IMG/VR virus record: IMGVR_UViG_3300027708_000021
Source of the DNA: a virus
Strand: one strand, 5' to 3'
DNA length: 64,000 nt
The notes below the pieces were generated by a model. The model saw only the letters and a program-made list of their open reading frames with translations, did no database searches and was not told the DNA's origin. This document shows, one piece after another, positions 40,267 through 50,329 of the stretch (the first letter of the stretch is position 1; every line of letters begins with the position of its first letter). Position numbers and translations under genes: made by a program.

Positions 40267-40365
40267 TGTATACAGTTAATTCAAAAATAAAACAAGGCTT
40301 TTAATACCGTAAAACCAAATTTTTCCCAAAGCGAATAAATAACTTTATAACAGGAGACTATTACC

Positions 40366-43300
40366 GTGCCCGGGAATCTAACAAGAATTAATAATAATCA
40401 AATCACTGATGCTGTCAGTGGTAATACGCAATTTGGTATTAACGCTAATACCAAAGTCCAACCCTATTCCATTACATCAACACTACTGGCTAATAACTTT
40501 ACCTACGGTAATAATTTTACAATTACAGGTAACTTAACTGTTCAGGGAAATTCCACAGCGATCGATACAACAAATACAACGATCGAGGATCCACTATTAC
40601 TGTTAGCCAGTACACAAGCAGGAAGCCCAACGGTAGATATTGGCTTTATTGGTCAACGCGGCTCATCGAATAATATAGCATTTGTTTGGGATGAAAGTTC
40701 ATCAACATTCGTCACAGTTTTCACAGATTCTGGCGCTACCGACAACACAGTTGTTAATATTTTAAGTTATGCTGACTTTGCTACAGCTAACGCAAATGTT
40801 ACTGGCAATTTAATTGCTGGCAATGTATCTCTCCTTGGCAATGTAACCAGCGCATTAAATGTAACTGGTAATATCGCAGCCGGAAATATTGCGGCTGTTG
40901 GATTAATCAGTGCTACAGGTAATATCGCAACTGGTAATTTTATCATTGGTAACGGTTATTATATCACTGGTATTAATCCCGGCAACGTAGCAGTTACTAA
41001 AATTGTAAATGGCGGAAGTTATGGTAATATTGCTAGTTCAGACGGCAATTTAGTTATTGCTATTGGTGCTACGTCAAATGTTGCGGCTACATTCTACGAC
41101 ACTGGTGTAAATTTTGGTGGTAATATTAGTGTCAACGGTAATGTTACTGGCGCTAACTTTGTTGGTAATTTAAGTGGCGGCCTAGGTAGCAATTTAACTG
41201 TTAACAACTATGTTATTAAAGGCGGCAACTACGACGGCATTACACTAGCAATGCCAGTAGGCTTTGGCGCAAACTTATCATCAGCATACGAAGGTGGTGT
41301 AACACTAGCTGCTGGAGCTGGTGGCACTACAGCGGGTACTTTACTCCTTGATTCAACTGGTAACATAAGTATTAGCGGCAATGTTTATGCTGCAGGCAAT
41401 TTAAGTGTAGTTGGTACTGCTATAACAGGAAATATTATTCCTAGTACTAGCAATACATATTCATTAGGTAATGCTACTAATGTATTTTCGTCACTTTATC
41501 TCAGCCCAGATACATTATATCTTGGCACAACAAAAGTAGGCGCTAATACTACTTCCAATACATTGACAGTTAACAATGCTATTGCTGTTACATATAGTAA
41601 TGGCAATGCCGATATCACTGCTACTGGTAATGTTATCAGTGGCAATGTAAACACAGGCAATCTCAGTCTAACCGGCAATGTTATTAGTGCTTTAAATGTA
41701 ACATTAAATGCCACGGCTGGTAATGTTATTGCCGTAGGTAATGTAAGTGCTGGCGGTAATGTAGTTGCTTTTGACGCAGTCAATGCAGCTAATTTAAGTT
41801 TAACCGGCAATGTTATTTCAACATTAAATGTAACTGGTAATACCAATTCTAACAATGTTAATACAGTAAATGATGTAAGGGCTACAGGTAATGTTCACGG
41901 TGCTAATTTTATAACTGGTGGATTGATTACTGCTACTGGTAATGTAACTGCAGGTAATATTATAACAGGTGGTTTGATTAGTGCAACAGGTAATGTCAAC
42001 TCTGCCAATGTAATTGCTAGTGCTAATATTAGTGCTACTGGCAATATAAGCACTCAAGATACTTTTGTTGGCAATGCTTTATATGGTAATAATTTAACAA
42101 TTACTTCGACATACGATGGATTGAAATTTAGTGTAACTGGCAACATTAATTCTGGCAATACATATATCACTAATTTAATTAATCCAGAAAATCCACAAGA
42201 TGCTGCTACTAAATCATACGTTGATGCTATTGCCAACGGTTTACAAGTTAAAGCATCTAGTAACACAGCCACAACTGGTTCAATTTTAGCTACTACTACT
42301 CAGTCATACACATATAGCAATGGTACAGCTGGCGTAGGCGCAACTATCACATTTGGCGCAGTAGGCAATGTTACAATTGACACAGTATTACTTACAAGTG
42401 GTATGCGTGTTCTTATTAAGGACGAGCCATTGGTTGCTCCAACAGACGGAACAACTCCTAGTGCGGCCTACAATGGTATCTATACTGTAACAACAGCTGG
42501 TAGTCCAAGTGCTGCATTGGTACTGACTCGTGCCACAGACGACGACACCCCAAGTGAAATGTATAGTGCTTACACATTTATTACTTCGCCTATCATTGCT
42601 GATAATTCTAATTCTGGCTGGGCAAGCACAAATACTCCAACGAATCCTGGTCCAATCACAGTTGGAACCACGTTTTATATTTGGAGCCAGTTCTCATCAG
42701 TCGCTGAATACACCGGCGCTAATGGTATCAATATTACTGGTACATTAATCACTACAGTATATGACGGCAACACTATCGGTATAAATGGTTCTGGCCAATT
42801 ACACGTTCCAGCATACGCACTATTTACAACACCAAATATTGGTAGTGCTACTGGTGCTAATTTAAGCATACTAGGAAGTGTAATAGGTAATATATTCCAA
42901 GCTAACACAGTAAGTGTTATTGGTAACGCACAGATTGGTAATATTTCAACTGGAAATATCAGCCTTTCTGGTAATGTATTAACTGACCTAAACGTAACAA
43001 CTAGTGTATATGCCGGTAATTTGGTAACTAACGGGAATGTAACTGCTGTTGGCAATGTATATGGCGGTAATATTAGTTCAGCTAATATCTATGGTACAAA
43101 TATTGGCACAGAACAAATCGTATTTGGTAATGCTACCATTAATGGTTTATTAACCAGTGTTTCAACATTAACCACAGACGGTAACAATGTTACTGCTGGT
43201 GGAAATATCAATGCCAGCGGTAATGTAATAGCTGGTAATTTCCAGACTATTGGCTCTGGCGGCAATATTTCTGGTGCTAATTATATCAAAGGTAATATAT

Positions 43301-44637
43301 TATCTGTTACTGGTAATGTTTACGGCGCTAATGTTACAACTGTTGGAAATATCAGTGCTACAGGTAATATTGCGACTGGCAATTATTTTGTTGGTAATGG
43401 TTATTATATCACTGGTATTAATCCCGGCAACGTAGCAGTTACTAAAATTGTAAATGGCGGAAGTTATGGTAATATTGCTAGTTCAGACGGCAATTTAGTT
43501 ATTGCTATTGGTGCTACTTCAAATACAGTAGCAACATTCTACGACACTGGTGTTGACTTTGCTGGCAATCTCAGTGTTGCTGGCAATGTTATTGGTGGAA
43601 ACATAACTACAATTGGCCTAGTAACAGCAACAGGAAATGTAACTGGTGGAAATATCTTAACAGGTGGACTTGTTAGTGCTACTGGTGATATCAATACTAG
43701 CGGTAATGTCAGCGCAGTTGGCAATGTAATAGCTGGAAACATTTCAACATCGGGCGCAAGTGGCAATATCACAGGTGCTAACATAGTTAGTGCTGTAACA
43801 TTTACAGCTACTGGCAATGTTTACGCTGTTAATGTGTTTGCTTCTACAGATGTAAGTGCTACTGGTAATGTACTAGCCACTGCTAATATAACAGGCGGCA
43901 ATATTTTAACTGCTAATATTGTTAGTGCTGGCGGTAATATCCAATCTGGCACAACAATGCTTGTTGATACTACTACAGGATCTGTAACACTTGGCGCTAA
44001 CGTAACACTAACAGCAGGCGCAACTCTAGCCATTAACGCTACTGACAGTATGTTAATTCCAGTTGGTACCACAGGCGATCGGCCAGGTACACCAGCTACT
44101 GGTATGTTACGTTACAACAGCACGTTATCATCTTGCGAAATATGGAATGGCGCAGCTTGGGTAGCAGTAGGTGGATCTAGCTATACAGTTATTACAAACG
44201 AGCAATTTAACGGTGACGGCTCAACAGTAGCATTTACTTTAGGATCAAGTCAAACCACTGATAGCTGTATCGTTACTATCAACGGTGTGGTACAAATCCC
44301 AACTACAGCATATTCTGTAAGCGGAATATACCCAACTTGCGTATTAACATTTACTGAAGCTCCAGCAATTAGTGATATAATCGATGTTCGTGAAATTACT
44401 AGTACTTCAACTGTAACAGCTATTTCTAATAGTCCTGGTAATGCTATAGTTTCTGTATCTTCAACAATTGGACAAGTTAATATTGCTGGTAACTTAGTGG
44501 CACAAGTTAACGCTACGGCTCCAAGTTTAACTGGTAATTCAACAATGTCATTCCAGTTAATTAGCAATACAAGTTTAGCTATATTAGTTCGTGGTACAGA
44601 CGGTGTTACAAGAAGCACAACCCTTACACTATCTTAA
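40366..44637 (+). CDS. Long tail-fibre-like protein, 1423 aa (GTG start)
   Basis: SD AGGAG; 'TTIEDPLLLL', 'DAATKSYVD', many GN[VI] repeats. Confidence 0.7.
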   Translation: MPGNLTRINNNQITDAVSGNTQFGINANTKVQPYSITSTLLANNFTYGNNFTITGNLTVQGNSTAIDTTNTTIEDPLLLLASTQAGSPTVDIGFIGQRGSSNNIAFVWDESSSTFVTVFTDSGATDNTVVNILSYADFATANANVTGNLIAGNVSLLGNVTSALNVTGNIAAGNIAAVGLISATGNIATGNFIIGNGYYITGINPGNVAVTKIVNGGSYGNIASSDGNLVIAIGATSNVAATFYDTGVNFGGNISVNGNVTGANFVGNLSGGLGSNLTVNNYVIKGGNYDGITLAMPVGFGANLSSAYEGGVTLAAGAGGTTAGTLLLDSTGNISISGNVYAAGNLSVVGTAITGNIIPSTSNTYSLGNATNVFSSLYLSPDTLYLGTTKVGANTTSNTLTVNNAIAVTYSNGNADITATGNVISGNVNTGNLSLTGNVISALNVTLNATAGNVIAVGNVSAGGNVVAFDAVNAANLSLTGNVISTLNVTGNTNSNNVNTVNDVRATGNVHGANFITGGLITATGNVTAGNIITGGLISATGNVNSANVIASANISATGNISTQDTFVGNALYGNNLTITSTYDGLKFSVTGNINSGNTYITNLINPENPQDAATKSYVDAIANGLQVKASSNTATTGSILATTTQSYTYSNGTAGVGATITFGAVGNVTIDTVLLTSGMRVLIKDEPLVAPTDGTTPSAAYNGIYTVTTAGSPSAALVLTRATDDDTPSEMYSAYTFITSPIIADNSNSGWASTNTPTNPGPITVGTTFYIWSQFSSVAEYTGANGINITGTLITTVYDGNTIGINGSGQLHVPAYALFTTPNIGSATGANLSILGSVIGNIFQANTVSVIGNAQIGNISTGNISLSGNVLTDLNVTTSVYAGNLVTNGNVTAVGNVYGGNISSANIYGTNIGTEQIVFGNATINGLLTSVSTLTTDGNNVTAGGNINASGNVIAGNFQTIGSGGNISGANYIKGNILSVTGNVYGANVTTVGNISATGNIATGNYFVGNGYYITGINPGNVAVTKIVNGGSYGNIASSDGNLVIAIGATSNTVATFYDTGVDFAGNLSVAGNVIGGNITTIGLVTATGNVTGGNILTGGLVSATGDINTSGNVSAVGNVIAGNISTSGASGNITGANIVSAVTFTATGNVYAVNVFASTDVSATGNVLATANITGGNILTANIVSAGGNIQSGTTMLVDTTTGSVTLGANVTLTAGATLAINATDSMLIPVGTTGDRPGTPATGMLRYNSTLSSCEIWNGAAWVAVGGSSYTVITNEQFNGDGSTVAFTLGSSQTTDSCIVTINGVVQIPTTAYSVSGIYPTCVLTFTEAPAISDIIDVREITSTSTVTAISNSPGNAIVSVSSTIGQVNIAGNLVAQVNATAPSLTGNSTMSFQLISNTSLAILVRGTDGVTRSTTLTLS
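40954..43517 (+). repeat. 119-bp identical direct repeat (40954-41072 and 43399-43517) inside the fibre gene
   Basis: Direct comparison; encodes GYYITGINPGNVAVTKIVNGGSYGNIASSDGNLVIAIGA. Confidence 0.9.
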
Positions 44638-44657
44638 AAATTAAGATAAAGTGAGAA

Positions 44658-44685
44658 AACAGGACCCTTGTGGTCCTGTTGTTTT
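44658..44685 (+). terminator. Probable terminator (AACAGGACC-CTTGT-GGTCCTGTT-GTTTT)
   Basis: 9-bp stem just after the stop of 40366..44637. Confidence 0.7.
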
Positions 44686-44716
44686 GACTAAATAATACTA
44701 ATATATTGGAAAAACA

Positions 44717-47700
44717 ATGGGCTTAACACGAATCCGCGCAGAGCAAATATCAGACATTGATTATAAACAAGCAGTTAGAGTCATCTCAACTTCTGACGTT
44801 AATTTAACCGGCGGAGCTCCCAGTCAAGTCGACGGTGTATCTCTTAATGTCAAAGATAGAATCCTAGTAACAGGACAAAGTACTGCTAGCCAAAACGGAC
44901 TATATGATGTAACTGTAGTTGGTAGTGGATCAAATGGCACTTGGGTAAGAACGTCAGATTCTAATGCCACTGGTGAAATCAATGCCGGTATGATTGTCAT
45001 GGTTACCGAAGGTAACACCTACGCAGATACCTCCTGGAAATTAATCACAGATGATCCTATTGTAATAGGTATTACAGCATTAACATTCTTACAAAATACT
45101 GGTAATTCTTTCAGTATTATCGATATCGTAGGCAGCGCAAATGTTGTAGCCAATGCTGTAAGTAGTACAGTATCATTTGCCAGTGGAAACAATTTTTCAA
45201 TTACCGGCAATGCTGCGGCCGACACAATCACATTCAATGTCGTTCAGAATCCAAGTTTCACTGGTAATGTCTACGGCGGCAATCTACTAACTGCTGGTTT
45301 AATAAGTGCCACTGGCAATGCTATAGTTGGTAATTTATCAGCAACAGGTAATATCGCTGGCAATTACTTTATTGGTAACGGAGCATTTTTAACAGGTATA
45401 TCAGGTGGTAACAGTGGTGGTAGTGGCAGTAATATTTCTAATGGCACAAGTAATATAACAGTAGTAGGCGCCAACGATAATATCACGGTGGGTGTAAGTG
45501 GAGTGGGCAATGTTGTAGTATTTGCCCCTACAGGAGAATATGTTACTGGTTTAATAAGTGCTACAGGCAACGTTACTGGTAATTACATCTTAGGCAACGG
45601 TAGTCAATTAACTAATACAAGCATTTCGGTCAGTAATTGGTATACTGGTAATGTAATATCGAATAGTATTTCCAATATAGAATTTTTAAGATTTAATGCT
45701 AACTCAGGTATTTCAGTCAGTGACCTGGGCAATAATTCTGCATTGGTTACTCTAGGTAGCTCATTTAAAACTTGGGAAGTAGCTGGCCAAGCTAACTTAG
45801 TTGCTGTTGGCGAAGATGTTGTTCAATTTGTAGCTGGTAATAATATTGTTATCACTACTAATGCTAATGTTATACCACAACAAATTTCTTTTGCAGTTAA
45901 TAGTAATTTAACTGGAATAAGTGTAAGTGTAACAGGCAATGTTACCGGTGGCAATTTACTGACAGGTGGATTAATTTCAGCTACTGGAAATATCTATGGA
46001 ACAAATTTTATTGGTAACCTAAGTAATGGTAATAGTAAAATTAGCGTGGCCAACAATGGCAATGTCACAGTTGGAATAGGACCGTTTGATACAACTTATG
46101 TAACCATTGCCCCGGCGTTGCTCAGTGTAACTGGTAACATTATTGCCAGCGGCAACATAACTGTTGTTGGTAATATCTCAGCTAATAATAGTATAATTAC
46201 TGGATTTGAATCAGTAACTGGCAATGTTTATGGTGGTAATATATTAACAGCTGGGTTAATTTCAGCAACATCAACTATAACAAGTGCTGCTAATATTAGC
46301 GGCGGTAATATATTGACAGCTGGATTAATTTCAGCAACATCGACTATAACAAGTGCTGCTAATATTAGCGGTGGTAATATATTAACAGCTGGATTAATTT
46401 CAGCAACATCGACTATAACAAGTGCCGCTAATATTAGCGGTGGTAATATATTAACAGCTGGACAGTTAAGTGCGGTGGGCAACGCGATAGCTGGCAATCT
46501 AGCAACAGCAGGCATAGTAACAGCAACTGGTAATGTTATTGCCGGTAATATCTTAACTGGCGGGCTAGCATCGATAACTGGAAATATTACAACTGCCGGC
46601 AATATTAATACAGCTAATATATATGGAGCTACGGGCGTAACTATTGCTACAGGCGGTAATAATAATATTAATTTATATCCAGGCGGTACTGGTAATATTG
46701 TATTACCATCTGGTAATGCCACTTATATTAATAATTTACCGCTAACCCCGGTACAAGATAACGATGCGGCATCCAAATATTATGTTGATATATTAGCGTC
46801 ATCGGGTCTTGCGTATCATACGCCAGTTTATGTGGCCACCACAACAACTTTGGCTACAACTACCGGTGGCACAATTACATACGCTCAGCCTAACGGAGCT
46901 GGCAACGGTATTGGAGCAACAATTACTACAACTGGGTCGTTTAATTTAATCGATACCGGTAATGTACAAACTGTAGGTACCCGCATCTTAGTTAAAGACG
47001 AAGCTAATGCTGTTCTTAACGGAATATACACTTGGTCCAATGCTACTGCGATTGTTCGTAGTACTGACGCAGATGAATATGGTCCAGATAGTGCTAATGC
47101 TTTAAGTCTTAATGATTATTTCTTTACAACTAACGGTAATGTCAACATTGGTACCGCATTTATTGTTAATGCGCCACCTGGTGTCATTACTTTTGGCACA
47201 AGCAACATTACCTTTGCGACATTTAGTACAAATCAAACTTATACCAGCGGCAACGGTATCAGTATTGCTGGTACTGTAATTAACGCTAGAGTCGATAATG
47301 TTACAACAGCATTTGATCTTGGCGGCAATATTAGTGTAAAAGCCGGTGCTAATTTAACGACTCCAAATATTGGCGCTGCCACTGGTACAAGTTTAAGTGC
47401 TACTGGAGCATTACAAGCTGGAACAACGATCAGTGCCGCTGGTAATGTCACTGGCGGTAATATATTAACAGGTGGATTAGTAAGTGCTACCGGCAATGTT
47501 ACTGGTAATTATATACTAGGTAACGGAGCATTATTAACTGGTGTTACTACATCAAGTAATACGATATTCAACGCTAATAGTAATGTAGCAATAGCCACAG
47601 CCAATGCCAATGTCACAGTATCAGTAAGCACGGTAGGTAACGTGGTAGTTATAACTCCAACTGGATTGAGTGTCACAGGTACAATAACTTCTACTGGCAA

Positions 47701-50320
47701 CGCAACAGCCGGTAATATTCTAACTGCTGGATTAATGTCAAGTACTGGCAATGCTATTCATGGTAATATTTTAACTGCTGGACTAATAACAGCTACAGGC
47801 AATATTACTGGTGGTAATATTCTAACTACTGGATTAATGTCAAGTACTGGCAATGCTATTCATGGTAATATTTTAACTGCTGGACTAGTAAGTGCTACTG
47901 GCAACGCAACAGCCGGTAATATTCTAACTACTGGATTAATTTCTGCTACTTCAACTATAATAAGTGCCGCTAATATTAGTGGTGGTAATATTTCAACAGC
48001 TGGACTAATAACAGCTACAGGCAATGTTACTGGTGGAAATATATTAACTGCTGGATTAATCTCAGCTACAGGTAATGCCACTAGCGGTAATATTTCAACA
48101 GCCGGACTAATAACAGCTACAGGCAATGTTACTGGTGGCAATTTATTAACTGGTGGCAATATCACTGCTACTGGTAATGTAACAGCATTAGGGTTTGTAT
48201 CCACGGGCGGTACTGGCGTAATTTCTGGCACTGGTAATGTTATTGCTGGAAATATTTTAACAGGTGGAGTAGTTTCAGCCACCGGTAATGTAACCGGTAA
48301 CTACTTTATTGGTAATGGCAGTCAATTAACTGGAGTTGCTGCGTCAAGTGTTAACGCTAACGCTTTGGTTGGTACAACATTAAGTTCAAATGTATTGATT
48401 AGTAGTCTAACAGCCGTTGGCACATTGTCTATATTAAGTGTAGCAGGTAATACAACTAGTGGAAATTTATTAACTCCTGGACTACTAAGTGCTACTGGTA
48501 ATCTTACTGGTAATTATATCCTGGGTAACGGAGCATTTTTAACTGGGGTCTCTACATCATACAATACGATATATAACGGCAATAGTAATGTAACAATAGA
48601 TAGTGCTAATGCTAATATTACTTTGGCAGTAAGCACAGTAGGAAATGTGGCAGTATTTACTACAACTGGATTGAGTGTTACAGGTACTGTAACTTCTAAT
48701 GGTAATATCACTGGCGGTAATATAACAACAGCTGGACTACTTAGTGCTACTGGCAATGTCATTGGCGGTAATATAACAACAGCTGGATTAATCAGTGCTA
48801 CTGGTAATGCTCAAGCAGGTAATATATTAACAGCTGGATTAATTTCAGCGACCTCAACAATTACAAGTGCTGCTAATATTAGTGGTGGCAATATACTAAC
48901 GACTGGATTGATCAGTGCTACTGGTAATATAATTTCTCCAGACTTTATTGGTAATCTAAGCAATGGTAATAGTAAAATTAGTGTGGCTACTGACGGTAAT
49001 GTTACAGTCGGCCTAGGCGCAAATAATACAACATATCTAACTGTTTCTCCAGGATTACTTAGTGTAACTGGTAATATTAAAGCTAGTGGTTTTGTCAGTG
49101 CTGTTGGTAACGTCATTGGTAATTACTTTGTTGGTAATGGTAGCCAATTAACTGGAATTATAGCCAGTGCTGGAGCGGCTATTACTAATGGTAATAGTAA
49201 TGTAACTGTAAATGAGAATGGTAATGTAACAGTAGGAGTCACTGGAGTCAGCAATGTTCTAGTTATATCACCAGACGTAGTAAGTGCTACTGGAAATCTT
49301 GCTGGTAATTATATACTGGGTAACGGAGCATTATTAACGGGCGTTACTACATCAAGCAGTACCATATTCAACGGCAATAGTAATGTAGCAATAGCCACAG
49401 CTAACGCAAATATCACAGTATCAGTAAGCACAGTAGGTAATGTAGCAGTATTCACTCCAACTGGATTAAGCGTTACAGGCAATGTATATGGTAATTTATT
49501 TGTATCTTCAGGTAGCGGCGGTGGAATATCTGCTCCAGGTAATATCGTTGGCGGAAACCTCATTACAGCCGGTAATGTTACAGGTAATTATTTTATAGGT
49601 GACGGTAGTCAATTAACGGGTATTGTTTCCACAGCGGCAAATCTTAGTAATGGTTTAAGTAACGTTACTATAGCTAGTGCCAATGCCAATGTTACAGTTT
49701 CAGTAAGCGGTACTGGTAATATTGCGGTGTTCACTCCATCCAGTATCAATATCACTGGCAATATTACCGCAACTGGTAATATAGTAGCTGGTGGTGTTAG
49801 ATCTACTTCCAGTGCTAGTGCCCCAACAAATCCTACTACTGGCGATTTCTGGTATGATACCAGCACTAATACACAGTATAGATTTACCTTTGACGGTACT
49901 AATTATTACTGGATAGATGATTTTGGTGCTACTGCTGCAACACAGCCGTTGTTCACAGGGCCGGTGTTATTTAACGATGTTTCGACCCAGACCAACGGCC
50001 AAAAAGGTGTATTTGCCCTGAAAAATAATCAGGCCAATGTTGCTGGCGTGGCTAATAGTAAACAGTTACAAGTTGTTTTAAACGGGGCAGTACAAACCCC
50101 ATTTGTCAAGACTTGGGTATGGCCTTTCTGGTGTGTAGATGTTAGTTTTAAAGGATTTAAAGTAACTACTCTAGGATATAGTGCTACAGCTAATTCCGTA
50201 GTTCTTTATAGACCTCCTGCCAAAGGAACTCAAGTGAGCATAACTCAGGTAAATACAGCTACAGATTCGCAGTTGTTAAGATACCCATATTCAGCAACTA
50301 CTATAGCGATTTCAGATTAA
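44717..50320 (+). CDS. Long tail-fibre-like protein, 1867 aa
   Basis: Many GNILTAGLISATGN repeats; 'DRILV..Q....QNGLY' domain. Confidence 0.7.
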   Translation: MGLTRIRAEQISDIDYKQAVRVISTSDVNLTGGAPSQVDGVSLNVKDRILVTGQSTASQNGLYDVTVVGSGSNGTWVRTSDSNATGEINAGMIVMVTEGNTYADTSWKLITDDPIVIGITALTFLQNTGNSFSIIDIVGSANVVANAVSSTVSFASGNNFSITGNAAADTITFNVVQNPSFTGNVYGGNLLTAGLISATGNAIVGNLSATGNIAGNYFIGNGAFLTGISGGNSGGSGSNISNGTSNITVVGANDNITVGVSGVGNVVVFAPTGEYVTGLISATGNVTGNYILGNGSQLTNTSISVSNWYTGNVISNSISNIEFLRFNANSGISVSDLGNNSALVTLGSSFKTWEVAGQANLVAVGEDVVQFVAGNNIVITTNANVIPQQISFAVNSNLTGISVSVTGNVTGGNLLTGGLISATGNIYGTNFIGNLSNGNSKISVANNGNVTVGIGPFDTTYVTIAPALLSVTGNIIASGNITVVGNISANNSIITGFESVTGNVYGGNILTAGLISATSTITSAANISGGNILTAGLISATSTITSAANISGGNILTAGLISATSTITSAANISGGNILTAGQLSAVGNAIAGNLATAGIVTATGNVIAGNILTGGLASITGNITTAGNINTANIYGATGVTIATGGNNNINLYPGGTGNIVLPSGNATYINNLPLTPVQDNDAASKYYVDILASSGLAYHTPVYVATTTTLATTTGGTITYAQPNGAGNGIGATITTTGSFNLIDTGNVQTVGTRILVKDEANAVLNGIYTWSNATAIVRSTDADEYGPDSANALSLNDYFFTTNGNVNIGTAFIVNAPPGVITFGTSNITFATFSTNQTYTSGNGISIAGTVINARVDNVTTAFDLGGNISVKAGANLTTPNIGAATGTSLSATGALQAGTTISAAGNVTGGNILTGGLVSATGNVTGNYILGNGALLTGVTTSSNTIFNANSNVAIATANANVTVSVSTVGNVVVITPTGLSVTGTITSTGNATAGNILTAGLMSSTGNAIHGNILTAGLITATGNITGGNILTTGLMSSTGNAIHGNILTAGLVSATGNATAGNILTTGLISATSTIISAANISGGNISTAGLITATGNVTGGNILTAGLISATGNATSGNISTAGLITATGNVTGGNLLTGGNITATGNVTALGFVSTGGTGVISGTGNVIAGNILTGGVVSATGNVTGNYFIGNGSQLTGVAASSVNANALVGTTLSSNVLISSLTAVGTLSILSVAGNTTSGNLLTPGLLSATGNLTGNYILGNGAFLTGVSTSYNTIYNGNSNVTIDSANANITLAVSTVGNVAVFTTTGLSVTGTVTSNGNITGGNITTAGLLSATGNVIGGNITTAGLISATGNAQAGNILTAGLISATSTITSAANISGGNILTTGLISATGNIISPDFIGNLSNGNSKISVATDGNVTVGLGANNTTYLTVSPGLLSVTGNIKASGFVSAVGNVIGNYFVGNGSQLTGIIASAGAAITNGNSNVTVNENGNVTVGVTGVSNVLVISPDVVSATGNLAGNYILGNGALLTGVTTSSSTIFNGNSNVAIATANANITVSVSTVGNVAVFTPTGLSVTGNVYGNLFVSSGSGGGISAPGNIVGGNLITAGNVTGNYFIGDGSQLTGIVSTAANLSNGLSNVTIASANANVTVSVSGTGNIAVFTPSSINITGNITATGNIVAGGVRSTSSASAPTNPTTGDFWYDTSTNTQYRFTFDGTNYYWIDDFGATAATQPLFTGPVLFNDVSTQTNGQKGVFALKNNQANVAGVANSKQLQVVLNGAVQTPFVKTWVWPFWCVDVSFKGFKVTTLGYSATANSVVLYRPPAKGTQVSITQVNTATDSQLLRYPYSATTIAISD
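46232..46462 (+). repeat. About 3.3 tandem copies of a 69-bp unit (GGNILTAGLISATSTITSAANIS)
   Basis: Units start at 46232, 46301, 46370 and 46439; differences are synonymous. Confidence 0.9.
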
Positions 50321-50329
50321 GGAAAAAAG

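Noticed and set aside
40954-43517. Repeat pairs (here and in the RCC1 genes) as DGR template/variable regions
   Set aside because: Cores are identical, flanking mismatches are not adenine-specific, both copies are mid-gene, and no reverse transcriptase is in the window.
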